In this document: positions 29,632 to 38,730 of the stretch, in pieces
Layout of the letters: each line of letters starts with the position of its first letter
Position numbering within the stretch: position 1 is the first letter of the stretch
From: Bacillota bacterium
GTDB taxonomy: Bacteria; Bacillota; Clostridia; Acetivibrionales; DTU013
Assembly: GCA_023411575.1 (NCBI GenBank)
Contig: JAEYOP010000018.1
Span: 8,441-72,440 of the forward strand
DNA length: 64,000 nt
Reading direction: 5' to 3'
Made by a program: the position numbers and the translations under genes
The notes under the pieces: generated by a model
Told to the model about the DNA's origin: nothing
The model's input: only the letters and a program-made list of their open reading frames with translations
Database searches by the model: none

Positions 29632-30987
29632 CTACTTTTTTGTAAGCTGATCATGCTTGGACTGCATGACGTCGACCACGTCCTGCGGTTTTGCGCCGCC
29701 GGCGATGACTTCCTGGAACTTGGTGCACATTGCATCGCTTACGCCTTCCGTCCAGGCATTGTTCAGGTTGTAAATCTTGGGATTGTCCTTATATCTTTCG
29801 AGATATTCCGAGATAAGGGGTCTGGAGTCGGTAATTCCGTTATAGGCGGAAATGTTCTCGTTCCGCTTGACCCACTCGGTGAACAGGGGAGTGTCCTTGG
29901 TAAACCAGTAGTCTATTACGGAATCGATTGCTTCGGGATATTTGGAGCTTGCATTGACATGCAAGCCGACGGCAGGAGTCAGGTTTGAAACAAATTGCTT
30001 GCCCGGTTCGTTGGAAGGAACGCAGAACATGCCCCGTTCAAATTTTTCCGCCCCTTCCGTCGTCAATTGAACGAAGCCGAAGCTGCCGTCGAAGATCATA
30101 GCCGCCTTGCCGTCTATAAAGGCCTGCCGGCTCTGCTGCTGGGAAAGTCCCAGGGAATCCTTGATCACATATCCTTTTTGGTAGAGCTCCGCCATTTTGG
30201 CGACGGTTTCCACCCATTTGGGATCCGTAAATTTCGTTTCGCCGGTAAAGAGCTTTTTGTCGAAATCCATATCATCGCCGTATACTACGGAAGCGCCGAT
30301 CTGATACATGGCGAACTGGATTACGAAAGCGTCCTTGTCCCCGGCTGTTATAGGAGTGAAGCCTGCTTTTTTCAGCTTTTCACAGGCGGCCGTGAATTCC
30401 TCCCAGTTTGTCGGAAGCTTGTCAATTCCTGCTTTGGCGAATTGATCCTTGTTGTACCAGGTGGTCAGGAAGCTCAGCCCGATCGGAATCGCATAGGTTT
30501 TGCCGTCAAAGGCGAAAGAAGAAACGATAACCGGGTTGAAATTCTTCAGATATTCCTTGCCGGACAGATCCCGGACATATCCGGCTTTTACGAGGGGTTC
30601 CGCCTGTTTGCTTGCCCACCAGGTGAAGAGATCGGGTCCCTGTCCGCTTGCAAATTTCATTTTTACCGTTGATTTGTATTGATCGGTCGGAAGCTGGTCC
30701 ACCTGGATCTTTATGTTCGGAAACTTCTCCTGGATCAGCTTCGGCAGAACGTCGACATAAATGTCCTCACCGTTTGTCGGTCTGGTCGGTACCATTACGG
30801 TAAGAGTGACGTCGGACGCGGCAGCTGTTGAAGAGGAAGCGGCCGCAGAGGTGTCGGCAGTCGAAGCAGCGGGCTCTGAGGAAGCAGCCGTGGATTCTGC
30901 CGGTTTATCGGACCCGGTCCCGGATCCGCAGGCCACCAGTGATATTACCATTATGCAGCAAAGGAATGCGCTAACGAACCTTTTCAA
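29632..30987 (-). CDS. ABC sugar-binding lipoprotein (family 1 extracellular solute-binding protein)
   Basis: The TTG start at 30987 sits 7 nt after SD AAAGGAGGA. The signal peptide carries the lipobox LVAC, followed by an S/T/A-rich linker and then an SBP_bac_1-like fold. Confidence 0.85.
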   Translation of the reverse strand: MKRFVSAFLCCIMVISLVACGSGTGSDKPAESTAASSEPAASTADTSAAASSSTAAASDVTLTVMVPTRPTNGEDIYVDVLPKLIQEKFPNIKIQVDQLPTDQYKSTVKMKFASGQGPDLFTWWASKQAEPLVKAGYVRDLSGKEYLKNFNPVIVSSFAFDGKTYAIPIGLSFLTTWYNKDQFAKAGIDKLPTNWEEFTAACEKLKKAGFTPITAGDKDAFVIQFAMYQIGASVVYGDDMDFDKKLFTGETKFTDPKWVETVAKMAELYQKGYVIKDSLGLSQQQSRQAFIDGKAAMIFDGSFGFVQLTTEGAEKFERGMFCVPSNEPGKQFVSNLTPAVGLHVNASSKYPEAIDSVIDYWFTKDTPLFTEWVKRNENISAYNGITDSRPLISEYLERYKDNPKIYNLNNAWTEGVSDAMCTKFQEVIAGGAKPQDVVDVMQSKHDQLTKK

Positions 30988-31011
30988 GTTTTCATCCTCC
31001 TTTAGTGATGG

Positions 31012-31154
31012 CCGAATCATAAATTCCGGTTCTTGAGCGGTTATTTTCCGCCCTTACTTCGTTGTCGTCGGTTGCAATAAAACAATTATTGCGCCCTCCT
31101 CCGCCTTGTAAGGACGAAAAATCCCTCGCTCAAGAATCCGTTTTTATGATTCGG
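31012..31154 (-). promoter_or_regulatory. 143-nt nested stem-loop in the leader immediately 5' of the binding-protein SD
   Basis: The 28-nt arms 31012-31039 and 31127-31154 are complementary at 24 of 28 positions (12 and 9 contiguous). Inner helices are CCTTAC/GTAAGG (31052-57 / 31108-13) and GCAATAA/TTATTGC (31074-80 / 31086-92). Confidence 0.4.
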
Positions 31155-31346
31155 TCACCCCTTAATTGATTTTGGCCATTTGTCCATGAAAATCACCTGC
31201 GCAGGGTTTTATCGACTAAACCTATCTTACCACGGCAAAAGTAATGTTTTTTTCGAAGATTGGTAACTTTTTATATTCCATACAGAGGCACCGGGTACAG
31301 ATACCTCTTCCCGGTCCGTATAGGGAAATGAGCTGCCGGGAGATTC

Positions 31347-33662
31347 CTATTCTTCCCGGTTGCTGTTTGAAAGCACATTCAGCTTGAATTTGGACGGAGT
31401 GACCCCATACTTTTTCTTAAAGGCGGCGGTGTAATAGGAGGCGTTGCTGTAGCCCACCTTTTCCCCGATCTGTGCGATATCCTGGTTCAGGTTCTGCATT
31501 AGCAGTTCCTTGGATTTTTCGAGCCGCACATTGTTGATGAAATCCGGGAAACTCGTACCCGTATGCTCCCGGAAAATCCTGCTGAAATAGGAAGGGGAAA
31601 TGGAGAGCTTATCTGCCATGAATGACGCGGTTACATCCGGATTGAAGTAATTCCTCTGGATGTAATCCAGCGCCTTTGCCGTAATATCATACACATTGGC
31701 GTTCTGGATCACGGACAGCTTTTCCGATACGTTTTCAAACAATTGCAGGAACCATTCTTCCGCCTCGGACGGGTCCTCCAGTTGAAGGAGCTGGTTGCCG
31801 ACGTCCGCATAATTGGGGGCTCCGGTCACGGAGTCGTCCGTCCGGGCGATATCGGATGCCTTCATGATGCGTATGGCCGTCTGGGTAAGGATATGCAGGG
31901 AGATTTCATATTTCATGCTTTGCAGCATGCCGAAAACCTTTTTGAAGCTTTCTGCATAGTTTTCCCGGGACTGCTTTTTTACGGCGGCTAAAAGCTGTTC
32001 AACGGAATCATCCAGTCCGCCGCGCTTATCCTCCGCAATAATGCCGCTTTCGTCGATAATCGCCTGTCTGCCGAGGAACAGGCGGTAGTTTGTAGCCTGA
32101 AGGGCGGCCTTATATTTCTGTCCCAGCCGTTCCGGACTGCTGTCCATAGGGCTGATGCCAATAGTGACTTCGAGATTGAGCATGCGGTATATGGTATCGC
32201 TGGCCTCGGCTAAAAGTGGTTTGATACTGCTGACGGAGAGGCTTTCGGAGCCCGGCTCGCCCTTTTCCGCCGTGATAAGCGCCACATGTTCGCTGTCCAC
32301 TTCCACCATGCGGCAGGTGAAGCGGTTATTCAGGTATTCGGAAGCGATGTTGCCGGTGGAGGCGGCCTGGAACTCCAGCGCGCCGGCGGTATTGCTCAGC
32401 TCAAGGTTTTTAAAGCCGCATATTCTAAGGACGATGACGCAGTAGGGATTTTGCAGAGGGGCGTACAAATGGACCTTTTGCAGGACCTGTGCGTATTCGC
32501 TGCCGTCGGGCTTGTCGCCGGCCTGGTTGAGAAGCTTTCGGATGTCCCTGTTTTCCTGTTCCCGCTCATAATTGTTCATCTTTTCAATAATCTTTTGGGT
32601 CGCATTAGAAACAATCTGGAGCTCGTTCATTCGGGACGTGTTCTGGGCGGGCTCAAGAAACATGCTGCGGATATTTTTGAAGATATTGTCGATGGGGGTG
32701 TAGATCCGGTAGGATACCTGCAGGGAAATTACCAGTACGCACAGGAGTAGAAAGATGCTCAGCCCGATGATGATGTTTCGGACAAAGGTCAGTTGCCGCA
32801 CACTCTGTCCATATTCGAGCACATGCACCACATAATACTTCCCTTCGGAAGAGTATAAATAATTTACCGTATACCTGCGATGCTGCAGCATGGTGGTAAA
32901 GCTTCCGCTTTTGGCATTTTCCTTCAAGATTTTTTGGACATAATCCAGCTCCGACACATTGCTACAGAACTTGGCCATATCATTATCCAGAAGGATTCTG
33001 CCGGACGGGTCCATGATGAAAATTTCCTGGCTGCCTTCCAGCGGACCGGGAAATATTTTGGATTGAATCATATCCATATTGATGTTTACCAGCACGGCAT
33101 CGTCAAAATTTTTATTGCCGTATGCTTTTTCTCCATAAAAGAAGGAAACGACGTTTAAATTTTCTTTTGCGTTGCGCTTCAATACAAGTGGTATGGCCTG
33201 AACCGGCCTTTCCGTATTGATCAGCTTTTGAAAATACGCTTCATACTCTTCCGGGATCGTGGAGTTGGAGGCTTTTAGCAGCAGGCCGTTTTTCCCGTAT
33301 ACATAAATGGAATCGATGAACAGGTTGGCCGAGATGACATTCACCGTGCTGTTGGCGGCGACGATCATATTGTTGTTCCATTCGGTATTGTTGGTATTAA
33401 TGAGCTGTATGACATAGGGGCTTTGGTAAAGCTGGGTGACGATCCGTTCCGCCGAACTCAGGTAGTTGGCCATCAGGATGCTGATATTGGACAAAGCCAT
33501 ATGATTGGCGGATTCGATATCTTTGATCGTCTTGTCCCGGAACCAGAAGAACAGGGAGGAAGAAAGCACGATAATGGAAAGCGCGGCGACTCCGATCATG
33601 CCAAAAAAGAATTTCAGATAAACAACGTTTCGGGTAAGGGCGTTGACATGTCTTAGTTTCAT
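31347..33662 (-). CDS. Membrane-bound AraC-family regulator with an extracytoplasmic sensor domain (no receiver, no kinase)
   Basis: TM at aa ~14-40, an extracytoplasmic domain of about 250 aa, TM at aa ~295-316, a YesN-type middle domain and a C-terminal AraC HTH (...SPSYFSRIFREHTGTSFPDFINNVRLEKSKELL...GYSNASYYTAAFKKKYGVTPSKF). Confidence 0.8.
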   Translation of the reverse strand: MKLRHVNALTRNVVYLKFFFGMIGVAALSIIVLSSSLFFWFRDKTIKDIESANHMALSNISILMANYLSSAERIVTQLYQSPYVIQLINTNNTEWNNNMIVAANSTVNVISANLFIDSIYVYGKNGLLLKASNSTIPEEYEAYFQKLINTERPVQAIPLVLKRNAKENLNVVSFFYGEKAYGNKNFDDAVLVNINMDMIQSKIFPGPLEGSQEIFIMDPSGRILLDNDMAKFCSNVSELDYVQKILKENAKSGSFTTMLQHRRYTVNYLYSSEGKYYVVHVLEYGQSVRQLTFVRNIIIGLSIFLLLCVLVISLQVSYRIYTPIDNIFKNIRSMFLEPAQNTSRMNELQIVSNATQKIIEKMNNYEREQENRDIRKLLNQAGDKPDGSEYAQVLQKVHLYAPLQNPYCVIVLRICGFKNLELSNTAGALEFQAASTGNIASEYLNNRFTCRMVEVDSEHVALITAEKGEPGSESLSVSSIKPLLAEASDTIYRMLNLEVTIGISPMDSSPERLGQKYKAALQATNYRLFLGRQAIIDESGIIAEDKRGGLDDSVEQLLAAVKKQSRENYAESFKKVFGMLQSMKYEISLHILTQTAIRIMKASDIARTDDSVTGAPNYADVGNQLLQLEDPSEAEEWFLQLFENVSEKLSVIQNANVYDITAKALDYIQRNYFNPDVTASFMADKLSISPSYFSRIFREHTGTSFPDFINNVRLEKSKELLMQNLNQDIAQIGEKVGYSNASYYTAAFKKKYGVTPSKFKLNVLSNSNREE

Positions 33663-34018
33663 GGGTTTCGTCCTTTTAAGAAAGACTTGAGGAAAAAGGC
33701 TACAGTACTATAGTACACCGAATTGGGGCCGCAATCAATGCGGTATTCTGTGCAGGTCCTGGCATATTTTACTGGAAAAAACGGACCGTCCCGCGGGCCG
33801 GGTCGCCGGAAACCGGTTAAACGCAAGGGACTTCCGGTACGGAAGGATAAGAAGGATCGATAGAATAGCAAATCTTTGATAGGGCTGTTTTTCGATTATT
33901 TGATAGGATTTCAAAAAATTGATATTGAGGGAAAACGGGTCGGATGGCAGAATGAAAATGGGTTCGGGGTCAAACCGGAACCGGTTGCACAATAATTCTA
34001 CCGGAGGTCGCCGCAGGG

Positions 34019-35002
34019 ATGTTTTCAAAAACGGATCAACTTAAATGGCAGGATCGGGCAGCAATAAAAAACGGACCGGGCATTCTGCCCCGGCTAAGAA
34101 AATATTTTATCGAAAACGGCACGCTGTACCTTTTTGCACTGCCGGGCCTGATATTTCTCCTTCTGTTCTGCTATGTCCCACTATCGGGACTTGTTCTTGT
34201 CTTCAAGAATTACAATTTCCAGGATGGTATTTATGGAAGCCCCTGGGTGGGCTTCGACAACTTCAATTACTTTTTCTCCAGCTTTGACAGCGCCTGGAGG
34301 GCAACAAGAAACACGCTGGTCCTGAACTCCATGTTTATCTTTTTCGGAACGGTTTTCGCCGTAACCCTGGGTATCATGTTCAACGAGATCAAATCAAAAG
34401 TGTTCATAAAAATTACCCAATCGATCACCTTTCTGCCCAATTTTCTGTCGTGGGTAGTGCTGGGAGGTATCTTCATGACCATACTGGACTACGACAAGGG
34501 GGCGTTCAACCAGTTTATCGCCTCCCTCGGGCTCGAGAGGATCGACTTCAATGCGGAGCCATTGTACTGGCCGTTCATACTTAGCTTTGAAAACATATGG
34601 AAGGGGGCCGGGTACAGCTCCATCGTCTACTTTGCCGTCCTGACGAACCTGGACCCCGCCTATTATGAATCGGCGGTGGTCGACGGCGCCACCCGGTTCC
34701 AGAAAATCCGGTATATTTCTCTGCCGCAGCTGAAGCCGACAATTATCATCCTGACCCTGCTGGCGGTAGGAAGGATCTTTTACGGGGATCTCGGAATGAT
34801 TATGGGTGCGACGAGCATGAACCCCATGCTTTTCTCCACCACAGACGTGATTGATTCCTATGTCTATCGGTCGGCCGTCAAAAACGGAGAATTTTCCATG
34901 GCTTCCGCCGTCGGGCTTTACCAATCCCTCTTCGGGTTCCTGCTGGTCATGGGATCGAATTACTTTGCAGGGCGGTTTGACAAGGACTACAAAATATTCT
35001 AG
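34019..35002 (+). CDS. ABC transporter permease (LplB-like)
   Basis: Six TM helices with the EAA loop ...YESAVVDGATRFQKIRYISLPQLKP..., as in LplB/YtcP-type polysaccharide ABC permeases. Confidence 0.85.
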   Translation: MFSKTDQLKWQDRAAIKNGPGILPRLRKYFIENGTLYLFALPGLIFLLLFCYVPLSGLVLVFKNYNFQDGIYGSPWVGFDNFNYFFSSFDSAWRATRNTLVLNSMFIFFGTVFAVTLGIMFNEIKSKVFIKITQSITFLPNFLSWVVLGGIFMTILDYDKGAFNQFIASLGLERIDFNAEPLYWPFILSFENIWKGAGYSSIVYFAVLTNLDPAYYESAVVDGATRFQKIRYISLPQLKPTIIILTLLAVGRIFYGDLGMIMGATSMNPMLFSTTDVIDSYVYRSAVKNGEFSMASAVGLYQSLFGFLLVMGSNYFAGRFDKDYKIF

Positions 35003-35013
35003 GAGGCCGGACC

Positions 35014-35895
35014 ATGAAAGAGTCTGCGGGCGATAAACTGACGATTGGCTTTATGTATGCTTTTATTTCCATATTTACGGCGTTGTGCCTGTTTCCCCTT
35101 TTGATCACCCTGGGCGTTTCGCTGACAAAGGAAACGGAAGTCATTAAATACGGTTATTCCATCATACCCAGGGCTTTCAGCCTGAGCGCCTACGAATACA
35201 TTGCTGTCGCGCTGGGGGATAAGCTTTTAAGGGGGTATGGCGTGACCCTGTTTGTAACCGCGGTGGGGACGGCCGCATCCATGCTGGTTACCTCCATGTA
35301 TGCCTACGCCGCTTCCGTCAAGACGTTCAAGCACCGAAACATACTCGCAATGCTGGCCTATATTCCGATGGTGTTTTCGGCAGGCATCCTTCCCTGGTTT
35401 ATTGTACTGACCCGGTACTATCACCTGTCCAATAAGGTGTATGCCCTCATTGTTCCCTGCCTGATGAATCTGTTTTACGTCTTCCTGATCCGCAATTTTT
35501 TCAGCGCCGTGCCCGTCGAGCTTTCGGAGGCGGCAAAAATCGACGGGGCGGGGCATGCACGGATCTTTACCACCATCGTCGTCCCGGTCGCCCGGGTCGG
35601 CTTGATCACCGTAGCGTTGTTTTATGCGCTGGGATACTGGAATGATTTTTATATGGCGCTGATGTTCATCAGCAAACAGGAATTTTATCCTTTGCAGTAT
35701 TTCCTGTACACGATGCTGACGAATGCGGAATTTGCGGCAATGAATTCCCAGACGCTGGGCTACCGGATTTCGGTTCCGCTGGAAACCATAAAAATGGCAC
35801 TGACCTGCGTTACCATCGGGCCGATTGTCCTTTTGTTCCCCTTTATCCAGAAGTACTTTGCAAAGGGGATTGTCGTTGGCGGCATTAAAGGCTGA
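35014..35895 (+). CDS. Carbohydrate ABC transporter permease (LplC-like)
   Basis: SD AGGAGG is present. The EAA loop is ...LSEAAKIDGAGHARIFTTIVVPVA..., and the C-terminus ends ...GIVVGGIKG. Confidence 0.85.
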   Translation: MKESAGDKLTIGFMYAFISIFTALCLFPLLITLGVSLTKETEVIKYGYSIIPRAFSLSAYEYIAVALGDKLLRGYGVTLFVTAVGTAASMLVTSMYAYAASVKTFKHRNILAMLAYIPMVFSAGILPWFIVLTRYYHLSNKVYALIVPCLMNLFYVFLIRNFFSAVPVELSEAAKIDGAGHARIFTTIVVPVARVGLITVALFYALGYWNDFYMALMFISKQEFYPLQYFLYTMLTNAEFAAMNSQTLGYRISVPLETIKMALTCVTIGPIVLLFPFIQKYFAKGIVVGGIKG

Positions 35896-36051
35896 AAAGC
35901 TCAAAAACTGAAACGCTAAAACACTGTTCGAGCAGTTCCGGTTTAGGTTATTCGGAACCCTGCAGGAGCCGCAGATCCCGGAAGGCGCCGGCGGATAGGC
36001 GGAAACCGCAGAAGTTCCTGATAATAGAAGGTTCTTTGTATTTGACGATGA

Positions 36052-36059
36052 TGTATAAT
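36052..36059 (+). promoter_or_regulatory. Candidate internal extended -10 promoter (TGTATAAT) for the binding-protein gene
   Basis: TGTATAAT lies 20 nt upstream of the ATG at 36079. It has no strong -35. Confidence 0.35.
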
Positions 36060-36078
36060 GATTTGAGGAGGAATATTC

Positions 36079-37611
36079 ATGCGAACGAGAATTTTTATCG
36101 CCGTACTTTCCTTAATTGTGCTGCTTTCGGTATTTTCCGGCTGCGGCAGAAGCAACACCCCGAAGGATACCGCGGCTGAGACGGGGGCGCCCTCCACGGA
36201 GAGCGCAGCACCGGCAGAAAGCACAGCGGCTGTTTCGGCAGACCCGCTCAAGGTAACGTTCCTTTATCTGGCGGATGAGAATCCCAGAATGAAGGAATAC
36301 CTGTCCAATGAACTGAAAGATCAGTTGAAAAAAGACCTGAACCTTGAATTGGAGGTCCAGTTCCTTCCCTGGTCTGCTTATGGCCCTGGCCAGAAAGTGG
36401 ATATGATGATCGCGGCCGGCGAACCTTTCGACATGGCAATGACCGATCACAACTGGCTGAACCAGGATGTCCAGAAAAAGATGGTGTACGATCTTACGGA
36501 GCTGGTGGACAAGTACGCTCCGGATCTGAAAGCCAACATGGACAAGGAAGCTTTCGAGAACTATACGTTCGATGGGAAGCTCTACGCACTTCCCGTAGGC
36601 GGCAAGCCGACCAGCTCGAGCTTTTACTCGATCTGCGTCCGGCAGGACATCCTGGAAGAGGTGGGAATGTCCGAGATCACTTCGATCGCCGACCTGGAGA
36701 AGTTTGCCGACCTGGCCAAGGCAAAGCATCCGGATATGTACGCAACTACGGATTACAATATGGAAGAATACATGAGAGGCTACACGGATAAGCTGTATAC
36801 GACCTCCTACAGCATCAACGGCGTAATGGCGGACGAAACGGACGGAACCCTGCTGCCTGTTCTGGGTTCCGATGTGTTCAAAGCCCACGTGGATTTCATG
36901 AACCGGCTCTACAAGAAGGGCTTGATTCCCAAGGACATCCTGACGAATAAAACGACGAATCCCTTTGAAACCGGAAAATACTTATGGTTCCGCGGTACCT
37001 GCGGAACAACGAAGATTGAAAACGAACCAAGGCTGAAGCAGAATGTTCCGACCGCTGCGACAAAAGAATATATTTTCAATCCCACGGCACCCAAGTTCAA
37101 AACCGCATACGAAAGCACCGCTTTCATGGTTCCGTCCTACAGCAAGAACGCAGAGGCGGTCGTCAAGCTTGTCAACTACATGCAAAAGGGTGCGGACCAA
37201 TACAACCTGTTTGTCTACGGCGTAAAGGACAAGGATTATAAAATGGTGGGGGATAAGGTGGAAAGAACTACTAAAACGGATTTCTTCTACAACTGGATGC
37301 TGTTCAACATCAAATTCCCTGTATTTGAAAGCAATATCCCCGACGATTATATCGAAACCTACAAGCACTGGGATGATAACGCGGTCGCCAGCAAATGGCT
37401 CGGCTTCTCGACCAATCTGGATCCGATCAAGACCGAAAAGGCGAAAATCGATGCGACCTGGCAGGAAAGGGTTTATCCGATGCTGGCTGGCCTGATCAGC
37501 TACGACAAGGGTTTTGAAACGGCCAAGAAGGAACTGGATAATGCAGGCTGGGAGAAATATTTCACGGAACTGCAGAAACAGTTTGCCGATTACCAGGCAA
37601 CGAGGAAATAG
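36079..37611 (+). CDS. Large extracellular solute-binding lipoprotein (LplA-like)
   Basis: The signal peptide carries the lipobox FSGC, followed by an A/S/T-rich linker. At 510 aa it matches LplA-type binding proteins that pair with LplB/LplC permeases. Confidence 0.85.
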   Translation: MRTRIFIAVLSLIVLLSVFSGCGRSNTPKDTAAETGAPSTESAAPAESTAAVSADPLKVTFLYLADENPRMKEYLSNELKDQLKKDLNLELEVQFLPWSAYGPGQKVDMMIAAGEPFDMAMTDHNWLNQDVQKKMVYDLTELVDKYAPDLKANMDKEAFENYTFDGKLYALPVGGKPTSSSFYSICVRQDILEEVGMSEITSIADLEKFADLAKAKHPDMYATTDYNMEEYMRGYTDKLYTTSYSINGVMADETDGTLLPVLGSDVFKAHVDFMNRLYKKGLIPKDILTNKTTNPFETGKYLWFRGTCGTTKIENEPRLKQNVPTAATKEYIFNPTAPKFKTAYESTAFMVPSYSKNAEAVVKLVNYMQKGADQYNLFVYGVKDKDYKMVGDKVERTTKTDFFYNWMLFNIKFPVFESNIPDDYIETYKHWDDNAVASKWLGFSTNLDPIKTEKAKIDATWQERVYPMLAGLISYDKGFETAKKELDNAGWEKYFTELQKQFADYQATRK

Positions 37612-37654
37612 ATCAATTGACGATCCGGGCAACAGGGAAATGGGTCGGAAACAG

Positions 37655-37691
37655 GATGGGTTCCGGAAGAAAAGCCGGGACCCGTCTTTTT
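37655..37691 (+). terminator. Intrinsic terminator after the ABC importer genes
   Basis: The GATGGGTTCCGG / CCGGGACCCGTC stem (two G-U pairs) is followed by TTTTT. Confidence 0.55.
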
Positions 37692-37719
37692 CAGAAAATG
37701 GCGCTTGAGGAGCAAGCAT

Positions 37720-38652
37720 ATGAATGGGTTAAATGCAATTGCAATACAGCAGGAAAAGGAGCGGGGAAAGCTTTTTTCCCTGTTGGGAGAACTCCCGGAT
37801 TTCGGGCCGGAGAGAATTCGCGCAAAAACTGTCTCCGTTGAGGAGTACGCGGCGTATACGCTGGAAAAGCTGGTGCTGGAGCTGAACGGAATCGAGTCTG
37901 TTCCGGCCTGGTTTGCAAAACCCCGGAAGACCTCCGGCAAAATCCCGGTTATTCTTTACAACCACCCCCATGGCGGAGATTATATGCGGGGAAACCGGGA
38001 ACTGCTTCAAGGAGCCAGCTATTTGAGTACGCCCTGCTATGGCGAAGCGCTGACTGCCCGGGGATATGCCGTTCTCAGCATCGATGCCTGGGCCTTCGGA
38101 GAAAGAAGAGGGCGTACGGAGACGCAAATCTTCAAGAGCATGTACTGGAACGGGCAGGTTTTGTGGGGAATGATGCTGTTTGACAGCATCCGGGCGATTG
38201 ATTACCTCTTTACCCGGGAGGATATCGACCCGGACCGCATCGCCACGCTGGGAATTTCCATGGGCGGCACCAAGTCCTGGTGGCTTGCGGCGCTGGATAC
38301 AAGGATCAAGGTATGCATCGACATGTGCAGCATGGCGGATTTCCATACCTTGCTGGAACTGAACGGCCTCGACTGCCATGGGTTCTACTATTATGTCCCC
38401 AGACTGCTGAAGCACTTCACAACGGCCCGGATCAATGCGTTGGTCGCACCGAGGCCTCACCTGAGCATGAATGGGATATACGATGTTTTGACCCCTGCGG
38501 CCGGGTTCGAAAAAATCGATAATGAAATGAAGAACGTTTACGCCGGCTGTGAAGGCGTTGGGGAATGGCGGATGAACAACTACAGCACCGGACACTATGA
38601 AACGGCCGAAATGCGCGCCGCAGCGCTGGATTTTCTGGAGAAATGGCTATAG
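37720..38652 (+). CDS. Alpha/beta-hydrolase (dienelactone-hydrolase / acetyl-esterase-like)
   Basis: It has the nucleophile elbow GISMGG and a C-terminal His context (YSTGHYE). I chose the ATG at 37720, which follows SD GAGGAG. Confidence 0.7.
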   Translation: MNGLNAIAIQQEKERGKLFSLLGELPDFGPERIRAKTVSVEEYAAYTLEKLVLELNGIESVPAWFAKPRKTSGKIPVILYNHPHGGDYMRGNRELLQGASYLSTPCYGEALTARGYAVLSIDAWAFGERRGRTETQIFKSMYWNGQVLWGMMLFDSIRAIDYLFTREDIDPDRIATLGISMGGTKSWWLAALDTRIKVCIDMCSMADFHTLLELNGLDCHGFYYYVPRLLKHFTTARINALVAPRPHLSMNGIYDVLTPAAGFEKIDNEMKNVYAGCEGVGEWRMNNYSTGHYETAEMRAAALDFLEKWL

Positions 38653-38730
38653 GACCGAGGAAGCTGCAGGAGCAATTGGGGAAAACGGCAGGAGAGGATA
38701 GGGAAGGACTGAAGAAGGATGGAGAACAAA

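Noticed and set aside
30988-31020. ATG at 31020 as the start of the sugar-binding protein (MIRPSLKEDEN...).
   Set aside because: This ATG has no SD and lies inside one arm of the large hairpin. The TTG at 30987 is preceded by AAAGGAGGA at ideal spacing and begins directly with the signal peptide (L/M)KRFVSAFLCC...LVAC.
33663-34018. Catabolite-responsive element (cre) sites in the carbohydrate promoter regions. I also checked 51617-51965, 31155-31346 and 20996-21110.
   Set aside because: By eye I found no convincing match to the TGWAANCGNTNWCA-type consensus with a central CG. A position-weight-matrix scan would be needed to rule them in or out.
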